39,015 nt of DNA from Dicyema japonicum. Its lineage: Eukaryota; Animalia; Dicyemida. The notes under the pieces were generated by a model that saw nothing but the letters and a program-made list of their open reading frames with translations, was not told the DNA's origin and ran no database searches. How positions within the stretch are numbered: the stretch's first letter is position 1; the number at the start of each line of letters is the position of its first letter. Below are positions 22,760-34,420 of the stretch, piece after piece. Location of the stretch: positions 1,344,447 to 1,383,461 of the forward strand of contig RDEW01000004.1 of NCBI GenBank assembly GCA_011109175.1. The letters run 5' to 3'. The translations under genes and the position numbers were made by a program.

Positions 22760-24690
22760 ATGTCCACATTCGAGCAGGTTATGCATTTTAGTCATAATTA
22801 CAGTTTAATGATGTGGCAATCACATTGGGAATAACTCCAACTGAAGTAACTCACGTTTGTTACCTAAAACTGGTTGAGGGGATCATATTCATAGGGAATT
22901 ACAAAGACATTGACTACACAGTTAGATTTCCACTATAAGCCCAGATTTCTTCATACGAATTAGCAAGTGTGACCAAGATTGGAGATTCCTCGCTCTCTCA
23001 AACTCTCAGACTGAAAACCAAATATTTTCTATGCTTCACAATCCGCTTTAACGACAGCAAAGACGCTTCTCTGGTACAGGCCATAATCTCCAACTTCCTC
23101 CAAATCTCCTCTTATGCTGAAGCAGTTGCCTTTTACCCACCAAACACTACTCAATTTCCTCCTATCAAAAGATTTGACCTCGAGCAGGAATATATCCGAA
23201 TGGGTCTACCAAATAACCATTGGAGGATCACAGGTCAACTAAATCTCGACTTTAAGGTAACACGTGTAATTTACGTGCTGCTCTGCTCGACGTATCCTGA
23301 TCTACTGGTTGTGCCCTCTAATGCGCCAGACAGACTAATTTTGGACAGTTCCACTTTCCGGAGTCGCAACAGAATCCCAGTTCTTTGCTTCTATCACCGA
23401 TCCTTAAAAGTAGTGGTACTCACTTTATTAGACTTCCCTTTGCCGGTCGAGCCAACCACTTTTGGGACTGAATAGCAGAAACGACAGTGACGAAAAACTC
23501 CTTGAGATTATCGGGGATTGCTCTGACTCACCGAAGAGACTGATTGTCATCGATAACCGCCCCAAAATAAATGCTTTAGCAAACAGAGCCGGGGGCAAGG
23601 GCTATGAACTTAAGCAGTTCTACCCCAACATAGAATTCGTTTTCAAATCTATCGAAAACATCCACGTGATGAGAAATAGCCTCAACAAACTCATCGACAG
23701 TTCTCTCTTGGCATATTTGTAGTTATTGAACAGAAAGGCAACTCTGTGGAAGCAATTTCCTCAAGCACGTGGTTTAATCATCTGCAGGCCATACTGGACT
23801 GTTCTGTTTTTATTGCCGAAGTAACTTTTTTTGTCACCTCAGCAATTGACTGGGGGATATAACGTGCTTGGCCATTGCTCAGATGGTTGGGACCGAACCT
23901 CGCAGACATGTGCTTTGGCATCTCTGTTGTTGGATCCATTCCATCGAACTATCGAGGGGTTCTGGGTATAGTTCTCTGATCAGTTTAGGCCCTGATCGAA
24001 CGGGAGTGGCTAGCTTTCGGACACCAGTTTGCTACAAGATGCGGACATTTCACTTCTGCTGCTGACCCCAAATTTATCTCCCCTGTTTTTGTCCAATTTA
24101 TGGACTGTGTGTGGCAAATATTCCTTCAATTTCCCTGTCTGTTTGAATTTGACGAGAGATTGCTCATTTTTATTGTTCAGCAGTCGATTTCTTGTTGCTT
24201 TGGGGAATTTTTGTACAATTCACTGAATGAACGGATTTCTGAGGGGTAATTTTGTTTGAATGACCTTAGTTTATATTTCAAGTCTGTCCCTTCTTTGTAT
24301 TCGTATGTGAAGTTTAATTTGGATAAATTCTCGAATAAATTGTACGACTCTGATAAGAACTTGAATTGTCGACCATTTCTTAAGCCAAACAGCGACACGA
24401 GGATTCTCCAGTTTTTGATTTTGTTCTATTTGACAGACTGTGGAGTCAGTTGTATCTTCGTGGGGGACGTGCTCGTGAGAATGACGCTCAGCTGACAAAG
24501 AATTTTGAGGCTGCCGTTGCGGATGAGGTCAGGTTAATAGCAGAGAAGGAAAAGCTTGAGGAGGTTTAGAGTTAACCAATTTTAGGATATTCGAAGTCTC
24601 GTAAAGGATAAGGGACTGAAAAGATGCAAAGAGCTGATTCTGGGATTGTCGAATGAAGACGTAGACGCTTTTGATAACATCAAATTTTAA
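22760..24690 (+). CDS. MTMR6: Myotubularin-related phosphoinositide 3-phosphatase, MTMR6/7/8 subfamily, catalytic motif intact
   Basis: Splicing gives [47 protein letters not shown], catalytic [34 protein letters not shown] and FEFDE, with TAA ending at 24690. Nine GT-AG introns of 22-26 nt plus one anomalous 24-nt segment. No C-terminal FYVE. Confidence 0.93.
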
Positions 24691-24759
24691 CATGTTTTGA
24701 GATTTCATTAAAATATTTTTATTTTTGACTTGTTTATCGATAAATTTTATTTATTTTAA

Positions 24760-25430
24760 TTTTCTGGGAGTAACCTTTGATCAGGGACTCACCTTTATCC
24801 GTCATGTTGAGAACATAGTAACTTCTGCTCTGAAGAAAATGAGATTTTTAAAAGTGCTCACAAAAACACTTAGAGACCAAACTGATGGCCTTGTCACGAT
24901 TTATGAACAATTTATTTGACCCACGATAACGTATGCAACTCCATCGTGGGCAATGCAGAAATCACGATCTTCCTCATTGAAACTATCCGCAATCAAGGAG
25001 ACCGCAATAAGGATAATTGGACCAGAACACAAAATCCAGCCCATTAAAAAATCTCTTAATCGAATTACAACGGAAACTCTTAAAGGAGGCTAGTTTACCG
25101 AGCTGCCCTCTATTCTATACACTATCGAAATATCTACAATCATACGGAAAGTTTGAGCCGATGCCATGTCCAATGAGAAAAGCTGCTCAGGATTCTCGAC
25201 CCCACCGGACTTGTCCTCTCCCTTGTCGGTCTGGGATCTCGAAATATCTACAATCATACGGAAAGTTTGAGCCGATGCCATGTCCAATGAGAAAAGCTGC
25301 TCAGGATTCTCGACCCCACCGGACTTGTCCTCTCCCTTGTCGGTCTGGGATCACTTAGTTAGTTAAGAACCTTTTATTTGTTTTCTTTGACCCAGTGATC
25401 CTGGGGGTAATAATAATGAAAATAATTTTA
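24760..25430 (+). mobile_element. 5'-truncated LINE (RT thumb to 3' end) with an internal 114-bp tandem duplication at 25125-25352
   Basis: LGVTFDQGLTFIRHVENIV..IYEQFI*PTITYATPSW; ends SGIT* GGGATCACTTAGTTAG with an A-rich tail. Confidence 0.8.
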
Positions 25431-25599
25431 ATTTAAAAAAATAACTAAAATAAATTGGCGGTCAATTTCAATTTATATCCTCTTTGAGACAGGCCCGTTC
25501 ATATATTCAGACACTTTGTAGTAAATAGTTTGGACCGTACCGGGCAGAGTTTCACACAAACGAGTGCATGATGCGCATAATATATGTTTTATTCTGTTT

Positions 25600-27540
25600 C
25601 CTTTTTTGTCAAAAGTGACTCCCATTTATTTTATGTATTCGACATAATTGACATCTTCTAGCCTCCTTTGTTGATTTCCGAACTTTTTTTCTCCATAAAT
25701 TATTGTGTTGGTTTTTACATCAGATAATCCCCGATGACTGCAACAACTCTTAATTTCATGAAAACAGGTTTACTTCCTTTTATGACCATCTTCGCATATT
25801 GAAGAGGATTTTATTAGTCCATTTGAAATGCATCTGTCGTTGTCAACATAAGTAAGGATTCCCCATTAAGATCTAGTCTCCCAAGAATAGGGTTGTTGCA
25901 GTTCACTGCAAAACTCTCTTTAGCTGGACTGAAAAAATAAAGGCACCTCTTCTGTAAAAGAGATATCATTGGTGTCTCTGTTTATTCGATCATGTTTGGA
26001 GGAAGTAGGAAAATACCTGCTTATCCCCATGGGTGGAAGTTAATAAATATTTGACAATCCCCTTATTTGTGTTGCAGTCAAACATCGTGTTTTTGAATTT
26101 AGGTCGTCACATGGAATTAAAACAGGATTAAAGTAGAGGATTGACGTTTCTGACAACTAAAGTTTCCAGGTTAAAGGGGTTTGAAGAAATGTTGTCTTAC
26201 ATTCACGATATCTTATATCCACTTTGTCAGCTCTCACCAAAAAGGTAAGCTTGTGATGCTTCTTTATAATAAAAAAAGAATTCAAAAGCAGAACCCTTAA
26301 TTTGTTTGTTTATTCACTAAGGTGACCAGATCTAATACCAGAATCATCACATCAAGTAAATCCAGATTATCATTCAACCATTCCTTGTTTAGTTGATTTA
26401 TAATTTCATCTAAAAATTTTTATTTCTACTCAGTCGTTATTTCCACTCAGTCAGTTTTCTTTAACTTTTTTGCAGTTCTCTCACAGAGACCATACTGGGC
26501 TGATTGATATGTTTTTTTTGATGCAGTGACTTCGACAGTTGACTTATTTTGTCTGTGCATTTAGGCTCAGAGGACATGTCATTACAAGAATAGTCACTTT
26601 GGGCTTCTCACAGAGACCATACTGGGCTGATTGATATGTTTTTTTTGATGCAGTGACTTCGACAGTTGACTTATTTTGTCTGTGCATTTAGGCTCAGAGG
26701 ACATGTCATTACAAGAATAGTCACTTTGGGAGTTCCTACATAATTAGGCTGTGAATATCTATCTCATAGGAGGTTTCTTGGCCCACTCAGTGGATTGGGG
26801 ATTGTCGTGGACGATTGGCATTCCTAGGCACTGTGAAAACCATCTCCGTTTGTGAGGGTCTTTGAGTCATGCTCCAATCGCATTTCGGATTTCGTTGACG
26901 ACCTTATTCATCTATTCTCTTTGACGTTCCATAGGTTTTGAAGGCGGTTTCTTCAATTTCTTCCGTCTTGCAAAATTAGCATTTGTGAAGTCAAAGTTAG
27001 AATGAGGAACGTGACATTCAAACGAGAAATTTTCTATGGGAGAATGGAAAAGTAGTTATCTCATAAGACTTTTTCCACCTTCACGGTAAAATCACAAGTA
27101 TTAAAGCTATTTTGAACTCGAAGAAAATGACGTGACAAGAAATCCACTGGGGTTCGAGGATAAACTGCAGCAGAAATTATTGTCCAACAAGGTCCTGAGG
27201 TCGAAAAAGGGTAACCCTTGAGCCTGGAGACGAACAAAGCGGTACTGATTGAGCTCCTTTTAGTTTATTGAAGGAAAACGTCCAAATCATTTCCCATAAT
27301 TTTGATACATGTCATCATAACGAAGGTCGATATTGAGTCTACCCAAAAAAGTCAAGGCTTTGGACATGACCTCATCTAGCATAGATCTCAAGGAATTATG
27401 CAAGATCCCAACGTGAGGAAATAACTTGAAGCAGAAAAGAAGTACAATGTCTGTCCCCGAAAGAAGATCAATACTTTCATGAAAATCGAAGGTTTTTTTT
27501 GGGGAACCGAGATTTTTCAATACTTTTCTGTATTCACAAC
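25600..27540 (-). mobile_element. Decayed APE-RT LINE ORF2 remnant
   Basis: TFLGRLNIDL (GDLNIDL-like APE motif, ORF 27287-27520), NFDFTNANF linker, MFDC..KGIVKYL, LTYVD, MGVTFDK in the expected order; many stops. Confidence 0.45.
26479..26730. repeat. Tandem duplication, period 127
   Basis: Copies start at 26479 and 26606. Confidence 0.95.
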
Positions 27541-27599
27541 GTTGTTTGTTAAGCGGAATTTAAAGATGTGTGGGTTTTTTTGATATTTACGTTTTTTGG

Positions 27600-27895
27600 T
27601 GGTCGGATGGGGCAGTGCAACAACTGCAGGGCAGGAGGCTTGATGACCCCCTAGTTAGAATCTCGCTGCTACATTCCTGTTTATGGTTCCAGGTATCTAA
27701 GATGTTTTGGCTTTGCGAGTGACAAGGTCAAAAGTGAACATTTCACTGTTGAACCAGATCGTTTATAAAAGACTCACACGCAAAGAAAGTGAAAGCATTC
27801 TTTGATTCTCCATCTATGATTAGTTATCATAACTGTTCTTTACTTAAATAAAGTGTGTGTCTTGCATGAGCGGAGCTATAGTTCCGAAAATACCG
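27600..27895 (+). mobile_element. tRNA-derived SINE, diverged copy
   Basis: AATCTCGCTGCT..GGTTCCA..ATCTA.GATG..CGAGTGAC..TAACTGTTCTTTACTTAAATAAAGTGTGTGTC..CGGAGC TATA GTTCCG aligns with the reverse complement of 22315-22640. Confidence 0.72.
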
Positions 27896-28292
27896 TGATC
27901 GAAGTAACTATCAGATTCGATGGCGCTATTACGAACAGCGTTTGCGAAAGAAAATATTTTTTTATTAACCCCGGATACAACAAAAAAGAAGTTAACAGTG
28001 AACAAATAGTTAAGTGTATCCAGTTACCACTGTTACAGTGTCCTTCAACGTCACAAAAGTCCATACAGAACCAGCATGAAAGGTAAATACGTCCATTCCT
28101 TGCAGTTGAGAAAACTTCAGACCTATTTTGTACTGGTGAGCTACATGCTGTCACTTTTATTTATTTAATTTGAAACAAAAACATAGCACCACAGTAACAA
28201 CGGGTTCTCGTTGACTAAATTTTTTATTATCTTAAAAAATCAATACAGCATTTTAAATAAAAATGATATTCAAATTTAAATAAACAGAGTAA

Positions 28293-29632
28293 TCACCTTT
28301 GTGGCCGTCCATCCATTCGACTTTTTACAGCTCCAAAGGATATATTCTTAGCGAATCTTTTGGGAGAGTTCCCATGGGCCTTATCATTCAGCTTTTCTTC
28401 ATCAATAAACTTCCTTTTGGGGTAAGAAATATTCACATGGTCAAAAATACTGCTATAAACGAATATCAAACTTTTTTGATGGTTGTGGGTCCTCAACAAA
28501 CCATGAGTCGGCGAGAGCCTGATCCGTTGTCATCCTCTTGGTTGGATCCATCACCAACATTCCCGAGATCTGCAATTAACTTACAAAACCACCAGATTGA
28601 ATATTTTCTGAGACATTTTGTTGTACTCATACGACCTCAAGTGCATGCTCAACGAGCAGCCGGCATATCTGCGATAACTTCACAAATATACCGCGCCTTT
28701 TTAAAGTCCCTAATGAGAGTGTTGTACTCTGGCATCCTCACAAGGTCCTCCCAGTCTTTCTCTGAAAATAAGCACACAGATACCGTTAGGGAAGCCCATA
28801 ACTTGGAAGATCTTATTCAGCTGCTCATGCTGGTACGGACTCGTCGACTTTATGTTGTCCTGGAGACAGAAAAATAAGGGGTCAAAAGTTAAAAGTTCAG
28901 CAAAGATGCAGCCAATGGCCCAAATGTCTACCATACAACACTACCGAGTACCTATGGCCTTCGTGTAATGACGAGCACCAAGGAGTAGCTCAGGAGCTCT
29001 GTACCAGAAAGTCACGACGACTGGGTCAACGGCGGCCAGGGGCTTCAGGGGCTCGTGGAATATCCTGGCGAAACCGAGATCCGCAATTTTAACAGAACCT
29101 CGCTCAGGACCATCGCCCATCACTAGGATGTTTGCGGGTTTCTACTAAAAGGTCCATGATTACCAGATCTCTGTGAAGGACCCAGTTGTTGTGAAGATAC
29201 TGGATCCCTTTGAGTATCTGGTGCATCATTGATTTGATCATGGATGGTGGAAGTTGTAGAAATCCCTTCCTCATGCGGTGGTATCCGATGATGTGCTGGG
29301 GTTGAAAAAGAAAAGTACCCAGATGTCGAATTCTGCATAGTCCAGTAACAGAAAGATTTTCCGTTCCGTGGATGACAGGAAGACTTTGCGGAGACGGACG
29401 ATATTTTCGTTGTCAAGTTCGCGGAGAAGCTAAGGTGAAGAGAAGTGAGTACTGAGATCTCTCTACAGGCTGAGATCGAGAAACAGCTGTCGTCGATTTG
29501 TTTGAGGGCGTATTCTACGTTTGTTCGTTTGCACCGGGCTTTAAATACGTGGCCATATGTTCCTCTTCCGATCATTCGACCTTCATAGTCGAAAAGTTCT
29601 GATAAATTATCTCTCTTCTCTGTTAGTCCCAT
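28293..29632 (-). CDS. CDK8: Cyclin-dependent kinase 8 (Mediator kinase); 9 exons, 385 aa from ATG 29632
   Basis: [26 protein letters not shown]|LLREL, HRDL|[40 protein letters not shown]|DIWAIGC, YPKRKF. Introns: 29430-29452, 29296-29318, 29142-29163, 28928-28951, 28762-28783, 28669-28691, 28570-28592, 28450-28471 (22-24 nt). Spliced length is 1158 nt, in frame. Confidence 0.97.
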
Positions 29633-30132
29633 AATGTAAACAAAAACTGCTTTCAAATTTATTTTTATTAAATAAATTTTAATTTTCATGTTAATTTAAA
29701 AATAAAATTTACCGATTTACGAATAATCCACTAGTAAGATTGACTACTTGATTGAAGATTTCTCTTCCCTTTTTCTAGGGCGTCATCGGATCACTCATCT
29801 CTAGAGACGCCCGATATCTGGTCTGCATTCAAATGGATCCATCTCAATTGGAGAGTATTTTACTCTATAACGTACTTTTTAGTGTAATGATGTCGTGCAT
29901 CGTTTCTTGATTGGCTAAAAATTGAAGAAAATGTCTAGATAGCAGAATACAAGATTATTTTTCCAGCCTGAAGTTTTTTTACGCTTAATGTTAGAAATTT
30001 ATCAGTGATTGGAAAAGAAACAACGTGTGACCATCATGGATGGGTAACCCAAATTGAGTTTTATTCAGCTTACTTATTATACTTGAGTGCTCACTAAATA
30101 AATTTTTTAGTTCAACAACATATTTTACACTA

Positions 30133-31276
30133 CAGTCCGACCCCGTTTCAGGGCACACCCCGGCGGTCGGGCACCCCCGCTTTTCGGGGCATTTTTCATT
30201 TGGAGTCTATTTTCCAGCATTAATTTCCAAATTTGGAAATTTTCTGGAGCCCCAAACCGGGACACCAACATCAGAAAGACATAAATTATTTGATCACAAG
30301 TATTTGAAATATTCCAGAAATCAGAAAACATAATTTTCCAATATCAGTGACAATCATTAAAAAATAAACTTGGGAAATAAAATAAACCTTGCTATTTCAA
30401 AAATTCGGTATTTTATATTCAGCTTCCAAAAGTGCATGGATGACTGGGAACATATTACAAGCTGGTTATGCAAGCTGTGAGAAATTAGTTACTCAACAAA
30501 GAAAAATATTATTATTACTTGATAATGCAGGATGTCACAAAACTATTAAATGCTCCAATATCGAATTCTTTTTTTTGCCTAAAAATGCGACACTTTATAC
30601 ACAGCCACTAGATATAGGGATCATAAATAAATTCAAAAAATATTACTCAAATTTTTTAATCGAATTTTTATGTCTTCAGGACATCGAAAGTGATCAAAGA
30701 ACGTCTTTCAAGACTAAACCTTCGTCAGGTTGTAATGCTGGTTTCAAAAAGTTGGAATGAAGTAACAGAAATTTCAATCACAGATTGTTGGAAACAAATT
30801 GAAAAAAATTGAAAAAAATTGTAATGTCTTAAATATTGATGATCGCCTAACTGATGAAATAATGACCGAAGCTGTAAATGAAATATTAACCGAGGCTGAT
30901 GATGAAGAAACTATTGAATGCGACACTTTTATATATATTGGAGATATAGCTGAAAACGAGGACGTGACAGAGAAACAAATTCTGGAAACTTTGAATACTC
31001 TGGAACAGAAAATTTCCTGCATAACACCAAAGTCATTAAAAAAATTCTACGAATTCCGAATGACAGTAATGAGAAACATCCGAAATGGTTACAAAATTAG
31101 AGGAAAAATAACCGATTACTCTGTTAAAGAGCGACTTGATAGATATTATTATTCATAAAATAAAATCTCCTACCTTTTTTTTACATTTATATGGTTTAAA
31201 ATTAAAGATTTTAGAATATAAAAGACAATAACCCCTGTTTTCGGGGCACAAAGTGCCCAAAACCAGTGTTACACTG
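30133..31276 (+). mobile_element. pogo/Tigger-like DNA transposon, internally deleted, with TA target duplication
   Basis: TA|CAGT..GGGCAC and GTGCCC..ACTG|TA imperfect TIRs; DDE_1 motifs SAWMT, KILLLLDNAGCH, FLPKNAT..QPLDIGII..FK.YY (30389-30760). Confidence 0.85.
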
Positions 31277-31409
31277 TATTTTGTTTGATATTTTTGAATT
31301 AATTTGCTATTCAAAAAATACATTTAAATCAATATTATGACTAGGGCGATTTTTTTACTTATAAATCCGAAATTTTGACCTAAAATTGACTTTATTGACT
31401 TTAAAAATT

Positions 31410-32190
31410 CTAAATTTTGACCATTTTTGACTTTATGAAAAATTTGGCCTTAGACTTTAGCACGTCAAAGATATTCTTGGAATAGATATCATCCCAGTCA
31501 CGTTGCCTCGAAAAATTGTTCGGCATATCTAAACCAGTTTCACACCATTCGCGACGAGCTTCGTCGAAGACTCTTTCCCAAGAAAGTCCGGTTGGAAAAC
31601 TTAAAATTTCTTGGACCAAAAGGCTTCCACTTGAGAGCGATGACATATATACTGGAAAGGCGATCTCCAGCGCCGACCTGAGACCCGTTTCTCCGAGGCG
31701 TGTAGGAAGCTTGCATTGGTTTCAACTCGGCACATCAAAGTGGATGTTTAGAAGTAATTCAGCTGATTTTCTCAATGTCCTATCCAATGATAGGAGGATG
31801 TCACGATGTTTGAAGCAGAGAGAACATCGGAGAGCATATAGGAGTTTGGGCAAGCCGATGCTACTCTTCAAAAGGAAGAAAGCTGTATGAGCATCGAGTA
31901 AGGAGAGTTTCTCCGTGAATTTAGAGAGTTCATCCTCTTTTGTTAGTAGATGGCTCCGCAGTTCCTTTTCATCAAGTGGGCACCCAAGAAAGTATGTCCG
32001 CTCCCTGGGTACGACAGTAATTCCAAGTAGTACCGAGTTGAAAGACTCTACCACGTTAATAAAGCTCCGATTTCTTTATGTTTATCTCAAGTCCGAGGTT
32101 TCGTAGTGCCGGCACGGAATGTGACAGAACGTCGTGAACTTTTCTCCACGGCCCTCCAATCGTGACGTCATCAAGACACCAGAGGTTTAG
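31410..32190 (-). mobile_element. CRE-like non-LTR retrotransposon, RT thumb region
   Basis: FLGCPL..LSLLDAHTAFFLLKSSIGLPKLLYALRC..*NQCKLPTRLGETGLRSA matches the W.QA.LP.R.GGLG.R motif. Confidence 0.8.
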
Positions 32191-32435
32191 TTGTGTGTTT
32201 ATAGAGCGGACAATTTCATTGATGGCCAGAGCGACAAAAATCGCCTAATGACAAAAATCGCACTAATAATGACTATTGAAATTATCGACCATAAAAAGTG
32301 GATCAATAAAAAATCCAGCAAAGATGAGTTAACACAAAGAAAGAAAAATAATAATTTTTATTGACAAAATAAATTATTAAATAATTATTAAATTTAATTT
32401 AAAAATCTTGAATTCTTGTTTGTTGTTTTCTTTTG

Positions 32436-33115
32436 ATGTCTAATAAAACTCCGTTTTTTCAAATGAGTGAAAAAGATGTCAGATTTATGATTGGGTCAAA
32501 GATTTTAATAACCTCGATCAAAAAAGAACCCCAAATGCTAAAATACCTGAGCGTTAGAGAGAAACATGGTCCCAGTCTCATTAATCCATACGCATTCTGG
32601 AAAGGAATTCAACAAGCCACCCAGCTTATCTCCCAAGTTGAAGACCCAAAAGACATTCTGGTCATCAACAGTAAAAACCTCAAGGCTGCTACAGAGTTTG
32701 CCATGCACATAGGAACTTCTTTAACAGCTGCTCAAACCTTTCTGGAACCTTATGTATGATAATCTGGTAATTTTTAAGGAGTACCGTTCTGCTTTAAATA
32801 TTTTTCCAAATTCAGAAATGTGTGGGAACCTGAAATCCGTGATTTGTGTTTGTGACGCTGATAGTCGTCCAAAATCGAATCACTGTGTCATTCCGGCCAA
32901 TAATAAGGTAGATTTTATTACTTATTCAGGACTCTGATGCCATTAGTGCCACGTGGTATTTCCTAACAAGAGAGGTACTTAGAATGAAGGGAGTCCTAAA
33001 GGCTGATGAAGAGTGGGACGTTAGTCCTGATTCATTTACTCCAGAAGATGTCATTTGCAATGATAATGAGCTGGAAATTGTTACTGAGCTTATCCCTAAG
33101 ATTGAACTTCTTTAA
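32436..33115 (+). CDS. RPSA: Highly divergent 40S ribosomal protein SA (uS2)-like protein
   Basis: QMSEKDV, EPQM.KY..R..G..LIN...W, VEDPKDILVI, IPANNK|D, W..LTREVLRMKG..WDV.PD align to RPSA. Introns at 32754-32778 (25 nt) and 32908-32929 (22 nt); TAA ends at 33115; pyrimidine tract just upstream of the ATG. Confidence 0.8.
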
Positions 33116-33239
33116 ATCATTTTTATTGATATTTAACGTTTTTTGCCTTCTTAAGTATCTGAAATATTTTTTTTAACAATTAAACTGGTTGACATCTCTC
33201 TAATAATGTCTTTATCGTACTATCAGTCTGTCTAATCTA

Positions 33240-33410
33240 CCCCGTAGACGACCTTGATGAACTGTGGAGACGTGTGAGGAGGAAACCTACATGGAGAAAA
33301 CTGGTGGAACGGATAGTGAAAAGCACAGTACTGTTGCACTTGTCCTAGCTTTGTTCCTAGTTCTTAACCTAATCGTTGACCTAACCCTATCATAAAAATT
33401 ATTATTATGG
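33240..33410 (+). mobile_element. 3' end of RTE-like element
   Basis: DLDELWRRVRRKPTWRKLVERIVK matches DLDTLR..WRKLVNRIV at 37347-37529; (ATT)n tail. Confidence 0.55.
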
Positions 33411-33899
33411 GGGTACTATATTTGATGAAGGGGACTCAAGTGCACTAGTAGTAAGAGTACTGTACTGTCAAAGACCAAAGTATTCATATGCTTATGGGGG
33501 TGGATTTAACTACGTAATGAATAAACTATAAGTCAAGCAAATATCTATTATCATTTCTAACTGTTCGAAATAGTTTGTTGAAAGATTAGAGTCAACAGTT
33601 GTCCTTTCTAATCCCTTTCTCTTTATGTACTGTCATTAGCTTTTTTATAATTCTGATTAATTATTGTAACAAATCCTCAATCCTAGTAAGCTCATATTTT
33701 ATGAATTTTTTTATTCATAAGAACAGATACCATTTATCACCTTTTTTCAGATGCAAGTACAGTATGCCAGAGTAGCTATTCCAAGTTACAAATTATTCAA
33801 TAACTTTGGATATTTTTTCTCAACAATTTCAACCTACGGGTCTTCGTTTTCATTGTCAAAACCATACACCAACACTAAGAAGCATGAATGATAAGATCC

Positions 33900-34420
33900 T
33901 TATTTAGAGCCAGAGAGTGAATTCTTGTGTTATCCTCGTCAAAGAAACTCTCAGTAACGTCCAACAACTTTTTGGACATGTCCAATTCCAAAATTTTGAA
34001 ATCATTATTTTCTCGTTCACACAGAGCGCATATCCATCTGTGAGACAAAACCATAAACTTTCAGTAACGTCCAACAACTTTTTGGACATGTCCACTTCCA
34101 AAATTTTGAAATCATTATTGTCTCGTTCACACAGGGCGCATATCCATCTGTGAGACAAAACCGCATTTGCCCTTATGAATCCGCTCTGTACCTGCTACAA
34201 AAAAATAATAAACATCAGAAGATATTCGAAAAGGGTTATCAAAGATATCTTCCTCAATGTACTCAGCAATATTATTGGTCTCAGAGTTTTTATCGATCCC
34301 TTGCTTATAAAAAAAGTTAAAATTCCATCCCCAACATTCAAAGGAGAATTCGTGTTAAATACCAGATTGAAAATCTTTGTCAATTTGCCTGGCACTTACT
34401 TAATCATTTTTGCCTTGTTA
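33900..34420 (-). mobile_element. RTE-like RT fragment with a 110-bp tandem duplication (33951-34162, 3 substitutions)
   Basis: LRPIILLSTLRKI and SHRWICAL..FKILELDMSK. Confidence 0.7.

Noticed and set aside
28299-28877. 192-aa plus-strand ORF
   Set aside because: Antisense shadow of CDK8 with no recognisable motifs.
31340-32265. MITE bounded by GGCGATTTTT / AAAAATCGCC around the CRE fragment
   Set aside because: The inverted match is only about 10 bp, with no target-site duplication identified.
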